From Octopus sinensis (taxonomy: Eukaryota), in the NCBI RefSeq assembly GCF_006345805.1, contig NW_021834682.1:1-45868 (forward strand): a DNA stretch of 45,868 nt. Reading direction: 5' to 3'. Under the pieces are notes generated by a model. It made no database searches. It worked only from the letters and a program-made list of their open reading frames with translations, and was not told the DNA's origin. The position numbers and the translations under genes were made by a program. Shown piece after piece: positions 12,670 to 25,982 of this stretch (position 1 is its first letter; every line of letters begins with the position of its first letter).

Positions 12670-13125
12670 TGATCACATGACAAGCCTTGACGATTGGGAT
12701 CGACTCAAAAAACTCAGGCTTTGCTCCCTCCACCGCCGCTGTGAGTTCTATATCATGTGTATGATGTGGAAAATATTCCATCCACATTGCCAATCTTTAA
12801 AATTCGTGACATCCGTCCACTACAGAAATGTTCGTGTCCTATCACAACACTATTTTACCTCAATTGGCCCTGGTCTCTTCAACATCATGCCAGACACACA
12901 TAAAGGCGGAAACTGACTTCACGGCATTCAAACGATCCCTAGATGATTACCCTCAACAAATACCAGATAAACAACCCACACCCAGATATGTCTCTGTAAA
13001 AAATAACCTCTCTTTGAATGGGCTACGGTTCCCCAGAGCTGACCGTATCTCTACTAGGTGGTTCTATTAACTTAGACATGGCCTGAGTCAACATCGACCG
13101 AAACTTATCTAAGTAATCTAATCTA
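12670..13125 (+). mobile_element. CR1/L2-like LINE 3' end
   Basis: LDDWDRLKKLRLCSLHRR...MMWKI...HYFTSIGPGLFNIMP...FKRSLDD...IPD; (ATCTA)-like tail; same family as 24580-25345. Confidence 0.75.
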
Positions 13126-14513
13126 TGCTGTAACATTTTAATCAAAGGGTAGAGGCTGATATCTTAACATTTCTGATGATCTTAAGTATAAAACAAAATT
13201 ATTAAATATTTATATAGAACTACATTCAGAGTATGTCTATAAGCTATTGTGTTTAGACCTGGTTTCTATCCGCAAACTGTTCCGTTTTGTAGATGCAATT
13301 AAAAATTTTTTTATAATAAAGCATTCCGAAATTAGAAAAATCAAACATCTGCAACAATCTCGGTCCCATGAGTATCGGATAATGGAATTTCCACTGTGTA
13401 AAGAAACTGATTGTGATGATCGAAGTTTTGACGGTGATTGTGGTGGAAGCAGAGACAGTGTTGATGATGACGATGATCGAGATAAATATCGGAGGAGGAT
13501 AAAATAGTATCGGTGTTTATAATGGCGACAGGAGCGGTGTTATGTGTGACGCTGAGATGATGGTGGTAATAGTGGTGCTGATGATAGCGTTAGTTGCGTA
13601 ATGGTGGTATTGTAGTAGTTATACTGGTTGTGGTGGTGAAATTGACTGTCAAGGTAATCGTCATGATGACGTTGATGGCGATGTATGCGGTTGAAGTGGA
13701 AGCAATGACAATGCTGTTGTTGATGTTGGTGATAGAGGTAGGATAGTTGTTGTGGTGATTGTGATATGGTGGTAGTGGTGGTCGTCGTCGTCAACGTTGA
13801 CGTCGTAGTGCTGCTCCTGCTGGTTTGGCGAAGATCTGCTCTCTCCGAGTGCTTTTCTAGTTATGCATGTGTATGTGCGCGTGTGCACCTGTGTGCATAC
13901 ACATGTAGTTATACACAAATGCATGAACATTTCTTTTTAAATATGAATACATTATATTCAACTCTGGCTGCTATAATACTGTATTACAAACAATCGGTTT
14001 AATAATGGCGCGACCATAAAAATAGATACGAAAGCCACCAAAACCCTTACACTCTAAAGTGAAGTATTGCACTAGCAATTAGAGGAGTTACAGACCGAAA
14101 GGAAATTTTGTTGGCGAGGTCATAGCCGCCATATTATTAAAACAATACAACGTTTTCATCAATCACACGTTGGTCCCTTCTGATGTTCAAAGTAAAGAGA
14201 AAACAAAACTCATTTCCATTATAAAAAACAAATCAAATTTCATCAACAAGAATAATATTCTTTTAACTTGCTATATAATATTTATATACACTGTGTCAAC
14301 ATAAATAAACAAATGTATTGTGAGCCAACGAAGATTCTTTTAATCGGCCACTGGAATCGTTAGAACTAGCAAACAAACTTTCTGTCAAAACGCACGATAC
14401 TGTCATTAAAATGACAGGAGAGTCACGGCTGGAACACTTTAGAAAATAATCCTGCTGAATCAAGATAAACTGAGACGAACCGACAACATTAATAACTTTT
14501 TAACAATACTTAC

Positions 14514-14774
14514 GATTATTTCCCATTCGATTATATATTCTCAGTTGGTATATCGTGTATGGTTTATCAAACATCACTTGCCAATATGGATCTTTTCCCC
14601 AGTCAGTACTTGCACATGATTTATGCGTGAATCCAGGATCAAAATTTCCGTCAACTGCTTTGTCGGATGCCATCGATATATTCATTTTTTCACAAGTTCC
14701 ATTATGGAAGACTGTAGTTCCTTTTATTCCATATATACTTGTTTGCTGTGTAGTTTGACCTCGAGCAATATTAA
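14514..14774 (-). CDS. Internal exon D: N-terminal half of an F-type lectin (FTP/fucolectin, discoidin-like fold) domain
   Basis: tattttccag|TTAATATTGCT...AATAATC|gtaagt; 261 nt, phase 1/1: (V)NIARGQTTQQTSIYG...ASDKAVDGNFDPGFTHKSCASTDWGKDPYWQVMFDKPYTIYQLRIYNRMGNN. Shows the NIAxGxxTxQxS, AVDG, CxxT, PYWxV and IYNR hallmarks; in frame with exon C. Confidence 0.92.
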
Positions 14775-15466
14775 CTGGAAAATATAAAAGTCAGAATTAA
14801 TAAAGTGTAAAAAGATTTTAGTATAATGTATCTTGAAAGTATAACTTATGAAACAGTCACACATTTATGTAAACCACATTTTTTGTACATAATAACATAA
14901 ATGCAGTGTATACCTTGTAAGACGTTTATTTATGTATCGCCCTTATTTACCGAATGGGAAATGACTGTTTTAATGCAAAAACTTAACATTTGTAAAGAAA
15001 ATATACGTAAAACATCTGGTAAGGATATCGACAAAGGTACTGTATTCCTATAGCTTGAGGTTGCGAACTGGTAAAATTGCTACCGCACTTCTTTCACTAT
15101 TACGTTCTGAGTGCAAATGGCGCCGGGTTCGTCTCTACTTTTCGGAGTCCATAAAATAAGTACCAGCTGAATATTGGACTCCATGTAATCAACTATCCCC
15201 CTTCTCCGAACCTGCTGACCTCGTGCAAAAAAAAAAAGAAGCCGATACTCTTTTATCTTGAATAATTTTCTTCAATTTTACATCTGGCCGAATTTTTAGC
15301 GCAGACTTATTTTACATTGGATTCTAAAACACATTTCTATATTTGCTGTAGAAAATATTGTTTGGGGAAATCGAGATGAATATACAATTATGATGTACAA
15401 TTTGCTCTCCTCAAAATAACTGATTAATGAAGATTTTAAATTGAATATTATTAGATTAAATTTATA

Positions 15467-17220
15467 CAGTCATACCTCGCATTTCGAGTTTAATTCGTTC
15501 CATGGCCGAGCTCGTGTTTCGATTTACTCGTTTTACAAATCAATTTTCCCCAATTTTGAAATTAATTAAAATATAATTAATCCGTTCCAGCCCCTCCCTC
15601 AAATCACGCCAAAATATTTTTTATGGGTTTTAAAACTGAAAAGGTGAAGTTACATGGGAAATGACAATTGTAAAAACATGATAAAAGAGAATGCAAAAGA
15701 AATATGTAAACTGATTTTATTAATTCAATTACTTTAATGATAGGACGCTGTGTGCGCGAGGAAGACGATAGACCAGAGGAGGAGGATTATTGTTTGGAAG
15801 GAGAATTTCCTTCCATTGAGATTTGAGGGGTGTTTTCTGCCTCACTTCGCTTAATTTAGGTCTTTTGGACACTTTCTTTACGTTTCACACTTGGAGGTCG
15901 TTTCTTTAGAAACATATCAAGAGAAGTCTGCTTTTTCCTGCATTTCAAAATGTTAAGAAAATGTGCCAGACCAGTATCATTAGATAAAGCAGCTGCACGG
16001 CTTGTATATGCTTATTCAGGCTGATATTTTACTACAGATTCAGAAACATACTGCTACTTGCCAACACAGCCTTGAAGTCACCCGTAGAGATAACCATTTC
16101 TGCAACACACTCCTACTCCGGGAACCAAATTCTTACACCACATCCGAATGCTGTTGTTCATGAAGCTGAGGGAGTTCATCTGTTGTCAGCTTCTCTGAGT
16201 GTTCCTTGATGAGATCGTTAATGTCCTCATCATCTACCTCGTGGCCCATGGACTTGTCAAGAGACACTATCTCCTCGACTACAGATGTCTCAGACTCAAA
16301 CCCTTTGAAATCTCTTTCGGATACACAGTCAGTCCACAGTTTCTTTTTGTAGAATTCAGTGTTCTCCTCGTTACAATCTGCTAGACCATATCGATGATTT
16401 TCAGGCAGTAATCAATGTTGTTGTGCTCCTTCCAAAACTCATGAATGGTTAGATTTGTATTTTCGGTGACTTCAAAGTACCGACGAAACCGGTGTTTGGT
16501 GTACTGTTTCCTACAATTAGAAATCACCTGTTAGTCCATGGGCGGCAAATTAGGGATGGTGTTGCGTAAAATGTATATAACTCATAAATTTAGATTTGTC
16601 CAGGATATCATCTTTGAAGTTAAGAGGGTGAGCAGGAGCATTGCCGAAGATGAGGAGGGCCTTGTGAGGAAGGTCGTTCTCCAGAGAGTACGTTTTCACT
16701 GCTGCTCCGAAGATAAGGTTCACATACTGGGTGAAGAATTCCCTGGTGGCCCAGGCTTTAATGTTCAACCTCAACATGACCTGCAGCTTCTCCTTCAGAA
16801 TTTTGTGCGACTTGAACGTTTGTGGGTTTTCGGAATGGTAGAAAATGAGCGGCTTAATCTTCAAGTCTCCACTTGCATTGTCACAAATGGCAAGAGTTGG
16901 ACTGTCATAGGCTTGTGGCGTGGCAGTTCTTTCTCCTCTGCAGTTATGTAGTTTCTTCTAGGTATTTCCTTCCAAAAAAGGCCAGTTTCATCACAGCTGA
17001 ATACCTTTTGTGCGATGTACCCCTCGGCTACGATGAGCTGACTGAATTCATGCACGAAATCCTCAGTTGCCTTCGTGTCAGAGCTCGCTGCTTTTCCATA
17101 CCTGACAACGATTTGAACACCAGACCTCTTCTTGAAATTATCGACAGCTGCGACCGGCCTTAAATATTTCTGCTGATGTCTCCTCCGTCGATGTACTTTA
17201 TAATTTCGCCCTCAATTAGA
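15467..17220 (-). mobile_element. Tigger/pogo-type DNA transposon, decayed DDE_1 transposase
   Basis: TA|CAGTCATACCTCGCATTTCGAGTTTAATTCGTTCC TIR-like end at 15467; minus ORFs EGYIAQKVFSCDETGLFWK, KPLIFYHSENP..KAWATREFF..KALLIFGNAPAHP, LPPMD; multiple frameshifts; other TIR not seen. Confidence 0.9.
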
Positions 17221-17339
17221 CGTATGAGAAGAACCTTACCATTACGATACCGCAATATACTAAAGCATTGATACAGTCATAGGAATCTAACAAAATAGAA
17301 AGACTGACATACAGAAATAAGCAATGTAATATATTTTGC

Positions 17340-17487
17340 AAGGTGGTGAGCCGACTGAGCGGTTAGCACTCCGGTCAAAATGCTTAGCGATATTTCACCC
17401 AACTAATGTTTGGGGTTCAAATACCGCCGAGGTCGATAGTGCACCCTCCCCCAAAATTGCTGGCCTTGTACCAAGATTTGAAACCAG
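17340..17487 (+). mobile_element. Internally deleted tRNA-derived SINE
   Basis: AAGGTGGTGAGCCGACTGAGCGGTTAG...GGGTTCAAATACCGCCGAGGTCGA...ttgtaccaagatttgaaacca. Confidence 0.7.
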
Positions 17488-18325
17488 TATATTCTGTACG
17501 CACGAGAATAACATATCTCCGATTTGTTAGCAAAAGTTATGTAATTTACTGTATAGACTTTAGAATATATTACTGGTACCTATTGTATCGATACTCACTG
17601 AAAGGATGGAAATCAAGGTTAGTTCGGTCGAGGGGTGGAGATGAACTTGGAATGTAAAACGACATAAATAAATACTGGTCCACTGTGTCAATCATTTAAA
17701 CCATGTTTATTATTTATCTTTTCCAAGTTCCATCCTCACATCGGATGCAATGGGCTTTCCTACATTATACTTTAATACACACACACACACACACACACAC
17801 ACAAGAAATTGTGAAACCCAATTCCACCAGCATTCATAGATTTTCCAAGTAACATAAATTAAAAAACTAAACACCGCAGTTTAAGAGAACACTCTCCAAT
17901 GTAACTGTGCTCGTGCTGCGTAAAGTCCTGAGCCTAATTGTGTCTTTGTTAAATCATTTAGCCCAGGATATATTATAATACAAAGAAGAGGATACTAACT
18001 GCTTATTGCTCCGAAGTTTTTATATTATATTTAAGCACATCTATTAACGTTATGTGGTCAGCAGTAAATATTAATATCTGGTTTAAAATCTGAATACTAA
18101 GGAGATGAACGGTATAGACACGTTTTCCCAGGCTACTCGCCAACAACTATACAAAAAAGCCATAAGCATCTGTATTATTCTGAATCTCTGAACTCTCCAA
18201 TTTTTATTGGCTATTTGTACCATAACTACACAATATCCTACCGACAGATATTCCTAAATACACAATATTCCTATAAACGAATACACACAAGTTTATAGAA
18301 TATTTTAACCACACACTTATCAATA

Positions 18326-18916
18326 TTCTTTTCTATTGTTGGCACAAGGCCCTAAATTTTTGTGGAGGAGACCAGTCGATTACATCGACTCCAGTACGCA
18401 ACTGGTACTTAATTTATCGACCCCGAAAGGATGAAAGGCAAAGTCGACCTCTTCGGAATTTGAACTCGGAACGTAACGGCAGACGAAATACCTATTTCTT
18501 TACTGCCCACAAGGGGTTAAACACAGAGGGGAAAATAAGGACAGACAAACGGATTAGGTCGATTACATCGACCCTGGGGGCGTAACTGGTACTTAATTTA
18601 TTGACCCCGAAAGGATGAAAGGCAAAGTCGACCTCGGCGGAATTTGAACTCAGAACGTAACGGCAGACGAAATACGGCTACGCTTTACAAATTTCTCAAT
18701 ATTCTTTTCGGCTCAAGACACGAGGCCCAAATTTTTTGGTGGGAGGGGTAGTCGATTAGATCGATCGAGTATGCAACTGGTACTAAATTTATCTACCCCA
18801 AAGGATGAAAGGCAAAGTCGACCTTGGCGGAATTTGAACTCAGAACGTAAAGACAGATGAAATACCGCTAAGCATTTCGCCCTGTGTGCTAACGTTTCTT
18901 CCAGCTCGCCGCCTTC
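18326..18916 (-). mobile_element. Array of three tRNA-derived SINE units
   Basis: Three copies of gaaaggcaaagtcgacct(c/t)...ggaatttgaactc; a complete head only in the last (ccagctcgccgcctt). Confidence 0.88.
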
Positions 18917-19139
18917 AGATTACTCAAATTGTAACGTCCACGAATATCCTTGTCTATTTCCGTACAATACTACACATAACAAATTCTTGGCTGATTTTAT
19001 TTACTATTGTTACTTTTTATACCTATACCTATATTTCATATTTAAGCACAAACTACTTAGCATCAACATTTTTCTATTTTGGCATGAATAAGATCCGAAC
19101 AGATGAAGAGCCACACAGATGAATAATGAGAAGCACTCC

Positions 19140-22100
19140 AAAAACAACAACAATAGAAAAGCAAAGAAGCGCTACAATGCCAACACAACCCGTTCACAAT
19201 AATCGCCGCTGGTCTGACCATACAAGGCCTTCGACTCCTCAATATGCCGCCGATACCTCGTCCGTCCGCATGTGAGCGACCTCGCCTTCGCTGTCCTTGG
19301 TGCACACCACATTGCGCTCCGGCAACCACCGAGCTCGAGATGTTGGCGTAACTGTGGCCTCCTAGTCCAACACCACTGTCTTTGTCGGGACTGAGCTTCA
19401 ACTCTCTTCCGGGCAGACGACGTTGTCATCGCGTTTCCTGCCGCAATCGCGTGACCCCCTCCATCTGCCGGCAAACTACGGAAGCTCGCTGTCTGTTGCT
19501 GCTCCGTTGGTCGATGTCATCCCAGGAACGTCATTGCACGTTCTCGTGCCTTGCGCGACCAATCGTCAGTAATTTTCTTTTTTCTTTTAGCAATTTAAGG
19601 AAATAAACATTCGCATTAACGTATTAATCATTCTTTCTGAGCTTGAAAGCAACAATAGCTCACGTTTAAATCTCAATGCTCAAACAGTTGTTCCTCTTTT
19701 TTAATAACCACCAAGGGAAGGAGACAAGTACAAAACAAACTGAAATAGCTTTCTACTTCACATCGTAGCTACATGGGTAAACTCACTCAAATCTTTCCAC
19801 CTAGCCAAGATGACAAGCAACAACTACAACAATCCACACGACAGCTGTACCAAGTACAACAGCAATTCCTGCCACAAATAACTCAGCATGATGCTAAATA
19901 GATCATATATTAAGACTTAACACCATCATCAACATCGTCATTATCACCAACACTGTCATTATCTTCCATGCCCCTTCATCTACTACTACTACAACTAGCA
20001 GTAACCACCCTCAGTTACTCCTGATTTCTCTTTTTCCCACCACCACTACATCCCAACATTTATCAATACTACCAAACACACATACCACCACAACCACCAC
20101 TACTACTATCTCGACTCTGACGAAACTCAACAACTCCATTTCCCTCTTCAATGTCAGTTTTCCCCCAACGTCAAACCTTTACTAAACCCAATTTTATTTA
20201 GTCCACTGCCTCTCTTTCCACACATTTAAGTCGAAATCCAAAAATATGACGCTATTCTTTACGATGACTGCAATTTCAACCACCAGCCTGGAGCAAGATG
20301 CTTGATTTACAGACACACCAAAACAACAGACGCACAAAAACCCAAATGAAATGATTCCCCTAAAATCTGCTGCTGTCCCCAACGCGAGATATTATATCTA
20401 CAGCACTATTGTACGCTCACACATCTTCCAGGAATCGAAGTACAATCTCCTAGCCAACATCAGAAGCTTCATAAAAACATATTCAGCCGCAGCTCTACCG
20501 TCACGTGATTTCCCCACTAATAAGGAAATAACGAAGCATCCAACAGAAACAAGAATAAAATCAACAGACCCAGCACAAACCTTGTCAACAACTCAGTAAA
20601 CTGGAGATCATCCTATAGCAACAAAAACAAAACAAACAAACGACAAAACCGCCAATGTAACCACAGCTTTATCCACCAAATATTCCTTAACCAGACAAAT
20701 TATTCTTTCTTATCCACCCGAAAGCTAGCAAAAAAGATTCAGATAAATGTTTCCACTGTCACACATTGTCGTTGTTATTACCCTCGACACAATATCTGCT
20801 CTTTTCGCTGATATTAAAACATAAGTCACTTTCGAGACCCTTGAAAAAGTCTAATCAAGCCACTACTCTAATCTCAGAATTTCTGCTGAATGCACAAGCC
20901 ATCAGTTCATCCTTCAATGCGAAGGGATAAAAGATTTAACACTGGGTTACCGACCAGTGAGGAATATCACTGTGACCCGTGCAGATCGCAACGGCAGAAG
21001 AAAGAGAGGATTTGCCGTTTTACTACAAGACTCATTCACTGCAATTACAAATGTTTCATGCACCAATGTTTACTGTGTATCATTACTTCCGTATAACAAA
21101 ACCAATGATTTTCTTATAATTGTTCTCTACAGGCCATCACAATCGCCTTTACTATTCTTCAAAGAATGTCTTAACAATGTTAATCCTTTATTCAACTGTG
21201 TCAGTCTGGTATCTTTTTAATGGTAGGTGATTTCAATTTCCCCTGCGTTGTCTAGTCTATTTATAACTTGAAAGCAGGTATCTGCAATTCAGTCCAAGAC
21301 AACGCATCAGTGGAGTCACTTTATTGACTAATTTTTCCTTTTCCAACTCATGCTAGAGCCAACGAGCTTAGCAAAAACCTATTGGACTTAATGTTTAGTA
21401 ACCACACTGACACTGTCTGTAATATTGCAGAGGAAAAAGACTCTTCTTTCCGACCATAACAAGGTTCTCTGAAATGTGGGAATCCGTCAGCCAAATCTGA
21501 TTTCTCACCACAACACTCTTTGACCGCATGGATCTTCACAATGGAATGCAATCACTCAGGATCTTTCATTCACTGACTCATCTTTCGTTTATTCTCTCGC
21601 CCCAAATAGCATCAATACATCCTGGAAGCTATTTGAGGACACTGTCGCAAATACATATTGACGATACTCTCCATAACAGCCCATGAACCAAACTAATTAT
21701 AAGCAAAAAATATATAAAAACCCTAATAAAGAAACTAAAAAGGATGAGTCAAAAATCGAGCGACTAAAGTATTGGCATCAGCGACAGGCGTACTTGACTG
21801 ATAGAGTTTTTCTGGAATCAAGTAATGCAATCTAATATAAATCGATTCAATCCCAAAGTGTTCTACTCCTTTGCCAAAAAGAAAATGGTCGCTGTAGCAT
21901 TCGCTGAACCTTTGATTGATGAGGACAACATTCTCTTAAGTAAGCGAAAAGCCATGGGTGAGATTCTGCAGAAGCAATACTGCTCTGCTTTCAGCAATGC
22001 AAGTATGGTTAATCTGGACAGCATCTGTGAAGCAAACCTCCTGCACACTCTATCCATTATATCTCTTGACGTCCTGCATATCAGAGCACTTAGAAGCAAA

Positions 22101-22860
22101 ATTAAAAGCAACTGAGGTGTGAGTCCCGATAGCTTTCCCACTAGAGTTCTGGGGGGGATGATGACATGAATTTGTATTGTCTCTAACTATTCTCTGAATA
22201 AAATCACTAGACGTTGGTTATTTTGCTGAAAATCGATTGTCCCAGTTTTCAAAATGGTAAAAAAATTACCCCCACCGAATTACCAGTCTTACTTCATTAT
22301 CAAATTATTTGAGAGAGGGGTGAGGTCTCGAGTAAGTCACTTCCCTTACGTTTGTCGACTTATTTCCATACAATATGTTTTTACAACCAGCAGCGACTTC
22401 TTAAGACAGTGCTTGCATCATTTTGACCACACCCTAAAGGTCCTGAGGGTTCCATTGCAGATGCCATTTATCCTTGCCTTCAGCGAGGCTTTCGATAAAG
22501 TTGATGGCATTATACTGTCAAAGTAACTATCCAACACAGAAATCAGAGGGAAATTTTAGAAGTGTTTCCTGATGAACAGACCCAGCATGTGGTGTTCAAT
22601 GGTGTTCGATGAAGCTCAGCACTTGTCATTATTGGAATTCCTCAAGGCCCTGTATTGGATCCATTTCTCTTTGTTATTTACTTTTGTGGCACCACTGACG
22701 TTATCAAACTCACCAATATAAAAACTTTCGCGTATGACTCAAAGATTTTGAAGGTCATCGACAGTGTAGGAGACCAAAAAAACCTCCAGTTGGATGTGCT
22801 CGCTGTTATCCAATGGGTGAAAAAAACACAATATGCAACTAAGCGATGATAAAGCTTATA
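19140..22860 (+). mobile_element. Long decayed CR1/L2-like LINE (APE endonuclease + RT; the GC-rich 5' region is tentatively included)
   Basis: RADRNGRRKRGFAVLL, IIVLYRPSQSP, GDFNFP, NLLDLMFSN (APE); AFSEAFDKVD, GIPQGPVLDPFLFVIY, FAYDSKI (RT); many stops. Coding remnants are clear from ~20800 onward. Confidence 0.8.
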
Positions 22861-23274
22861 ATAATTCTGCTTGTCGTTAGGGTACTTAGCCCATCATTAA
22901 TGCTTTCACGTGATTAGAGAAAAGGAGGACGAAAAGGGGAGAGAGAGAAAAGGAAGGCGAGAGAAACCTCCATGATATGAGATTGGGGGAACATAATTGT
23001 AAAGCTTTCACTTGATTATTTGAAGGGAATTAGAGAACAAGAGGAAGAAATCGGAGAGAGAAAAGGAGGATAAGGTGAGGAGTGAGGCATGAAGAGGGAG
23101 AAAGAAAAGAGGGAGAGAGAAAAGACAGAGAGCGAAGCGTCCATGACATGTGGTGAGGGGAACGTAATATTTATTACGTGGTTAAAAAAGTTAGTTGAAG
23201 GTAGTTATATAGAGGAGAGTTAGGAATAAAATTTTAGCGGAGTGATGTTCTGGTAGTGAGATTAAGGAAAGGCA

Positions 23275-23275
23275 G

Positions 23276-23315
<40 letters not shown>

Positions 23316-23415
23316 GTGAGTGAGAGTGAGTGAGTGAGTGAGTGAGTGAGTGAGTGAGTGGGTGAGAAAGGGACAGACAGAGAGGGATGATGGTGGTGGT
23401 GGTGGTGGTGGTGAT
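23275..23415. repeat. (GA)n-(GAGT)n-(GGT)n compound microsatellite
   Basis: Directly visible. Confidence 0.95.
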
Positions 23416-23499
23416 GTTGGGTGCATAGTGGAAAGTACTTTTTTTATAATTGAACTAAGTTTTTTATATCACCTATAACTTGACGCATGCGCATCCTAA

Positions 23500-23750
23500 T
23501 CTTGCCATTCACCTTAGAAAGAAACCAGTTTCTGTTCGCCTGTCATATGCAATGGTTATCAATAAATCACAAGGGCAGACACTTTTGATAAAATGGGGTT
23601 GTTCTTGCCTAAACTTGCATTCGGTCACGGTCAGGTATATGTTGCATTCGGAATGGCTCTCAGATTATCTGATGTTAAAGTTATCAACACTGACAAAGGA
23701 AAAGAAACGGGAAAACTTACACGAAGGACATATTCTGCAAAGAAATATTG
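23500..23750 (+). mobile_element. Helitron RepHel Pif1-like helicase C-terminal fragment
   Basis: SVRLSYAMVINKSQGQTL / KMGLFLPKLAFGHGQVYVAF matches the Helitron PVRLAFAMTINKSQGQTL..VGLxLPxPVFSHGQLYVAxSR motifs, with a frameshift. Confidence 0.88.
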
Positions 23751-24075
23751 GATTGAAAAGTGTGCGCAAATTGAAATGTGTATTGGCTCCGACCCATCGC
23801 CTTGCCGTATAATTTACCAACGATATGGTTTTCAGAGTGTGCCATACTGCATTAAATGTTTACCACCGTGAAAATGTGGGCCAATATTTTATATATAAAA
23901 TAATTTTTTTAATATAAAATGTTTGCTTTCTAGATATGAAATTGTGACCATGTAAAATTTAAAATGTAAAACTTTCCCCGTTTTGGAGATAAATGCAAAA
24001 ATAAGAGTAAATATTTATTTTATGGGTGCTGTGTATTAAGTCTATAGAATTGTGCATAAAGTATATAAATGATAT

Positions 24076-24310
24076 ATATTTCTTTACTGTCCACAAGCAG
24101 CTAAACATAGAGGGGACAAACAAGGACAGACAAACGGATTAAGTCGATTACATCGACCCCAGTGCGAAACTGGTACTGTATTTATCGAGCCCGAAAGAAT
24201 GAAATGCAAAGTCGACCTCGGCGAATTTTGAACTCAGAACGTAACGGCAGACGAAATACGGCTACGCATTTCGCCCGGCGTGCTAACGTTTCTGCCAGCT
24301 CACCCCCTTC
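24076..24310 (-). mobile_element. tRNA-derived SINE with apparent target-site duplication
   Basis: Full unit of the 3570/18326 family; flanked by the direct repeat aagtatataaatgatatata (24059-24078 and 24311-24330). Confidence 0.88.
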
Positions 24311-24579
24311 AAGTATATAAATGATATATATAAAGTGCATTAAGTAATCATCGTTGTCTAATTTCCTTCACTTTTCAATGAAGAGCAGATGAGCAACTAT
24401 CATTTGATACAGACAAAACACAGTCTACGCTTTCAGGCTTTTGTATAAAGTTTTCGGTAATAACCCAATAAGTTTACTATTAATTCCATGAAATATTCAC
24501 GGACCCCAAAAATTTGAATTAGTTCACTTCGGAAAAGTGGCTGCACATAAGCTACTATATACTGTTCTCTTACGTGAAA

Positions 24580-25345
24580 CCTTAGTGGTATCAATCACCG
24601 TAAGGACCTCGGAATAACAGTCGATAATAACCTAACATAGAGTGACCACATAAACAACAAAACTGACATGATCCGTATGTTGTGCTCCTGGATCCTAAGA
24701 ATTTTCGGGTTCAGAGATGCTCCTACCATTATCATTCTCTTCCCTACCAAAGCCCGTCCTCATCTAGAATACCGTTGTGCGCTTTGGTCTCTCGACATGA
24801 AAGTAAATATCATAAAAATTGAAGCACCCCAGAGATCAATCAAAGAAAAAGCAAGACATGTCAGGGCTTGAATACTGGGATCAGCTCCAGAAACACACAC
24901 TTTACACCCTCCAACTTCACCATGAGCGCTATATCTTTCGTATAATGTGGAAAATATTCCAATATTGTTCAAACAGTGTTGTTATCAACTGTAAAGTTCA
25001 CCCTAGACTTGGACCCAATGCCATTCGCCCTCTACAAAAATCGTCCTCGCGATTACAACACTAAGACAGAAGCACTTCACCTCCACTGGCCCTGCTTTCT
25101 TTAACATCATGCCAAGACACATAAAAGAAGAAAAAGTTCTCATGGTATTCAGGCATTTCCCGGATGAATATCCCGAACAAATTCCAGATAAATCAAGTAC
25201 ACCCGGATAAATCTCTGCCAACAATAACTCTTTACTCGCATGGGCTATGGTGCCCAAAACATGATTGTAACATGAAGCATGATTAAATGTTTTATTAGTG
25301 CTGCTACTAAGTTAGTCATGGCCAGGGTTTATTCTGACCGAAAGT
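24580..25345 (+). mobile_element. CR1/L2-like LINE 3' fragment abutting the EGF exon donor region
   Basis: RPHLEYRCALWS...IEAPQR / SGLEYWDQLQK..LYTLQ..ERYI..MWKI / HFTSTGPAFFNIMP. Confidence 0.8.
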
Positions 25346-25393
25346 CATTTAAGTATCTAAGTACCCGCATACCCTGAACAAATATGTACTTAC

Positions 25394-25540
25394 CATATGT
25401 TCGCTTGTCACACTTCTCTCCATACCATCCATCTTCGCAGCCATCACGTTTACACTTTCCAGTAATTTGGTGACAATATTCCGCTCGGGAACAATGACAT
25501 TCATTGATACAGTCTTTACCATACAATTGTGGTGGACATC
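25394..25540 (-). CDS. Internal exon C: MEGF10/laminin-type EGF-like module
   Basis: atcaatttag|GATGTCCA...ACATATG|gtaagt; 147 nt, phase 1/1: (G)CPPQLYGKDCINECHCSRAEYCHQITGKCKRDGCEDGWYGEKCDKRTY; 8 Cys with CxxxxYGxxC..CxC..CxxxTGxC..CxxGWxGxxC spacing. Confidence 0.92.
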
Positions 25541-25816
25541 CTAAATTGATAACATCGAAACAGTTTCTTTGTAAATGAGCATTAAAATAAAACAGTTATT
25601 GAATATAACATTCAATCTTACAAGATCTCACATATAATCAACAAGAGATTCTATGTTTCAAGAGTATCTCTTGATATAGAATCTCTTGATGTAGCTAACA
25701 AGAGATACTATATATCACATTTACAATCTTAAAATTGCAGAAATTCGCGCACATATAAGAAATCAAAAATTATGCGATTCCTGTATATGTAGACGCTACA
25801 TAAGTTACAGTTGAGA

Positions 25817-25982
25817 CACTAGCGTATCCAGAGTGTGTGCCGCCCGGGGAGGCCCTTCCGTTTGCCGCCCCGGACCCCACAAAAGCACATATTGCCTTTA
25901 GCAGACTCAAAAGTAATGCTCCTTTATAAGTGCTGCCAGTAGCGGACCACCCCTATACCCCCCAACCGTAGCTACGCTAATG
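25817..25982. mobile_element. Short non-autonomous hAT-like MITE
   Basis: Termini CACTAGCGTA / TACGCTAATG (inverted, 9/10); flanks AGTTGAGA / AGTTCAGG (6/8, consistent with an old 8-bp TSD); GC-rich GCCGCCC subterminal motifs. Confidence 0.6.

Noticed and set aside
13430-13820. Poly-His/Thr/Val ORFs
   Set aside because: Decayed (GAT/GGT/GTT)n low-complexity sequence.
23480-23871. Host Pif1 helicase gene
   Set aside because: Short, frameshifted, no splice signals; motif spelling (INKSQGQTL, GHGQVYVA) is Helitron-type.
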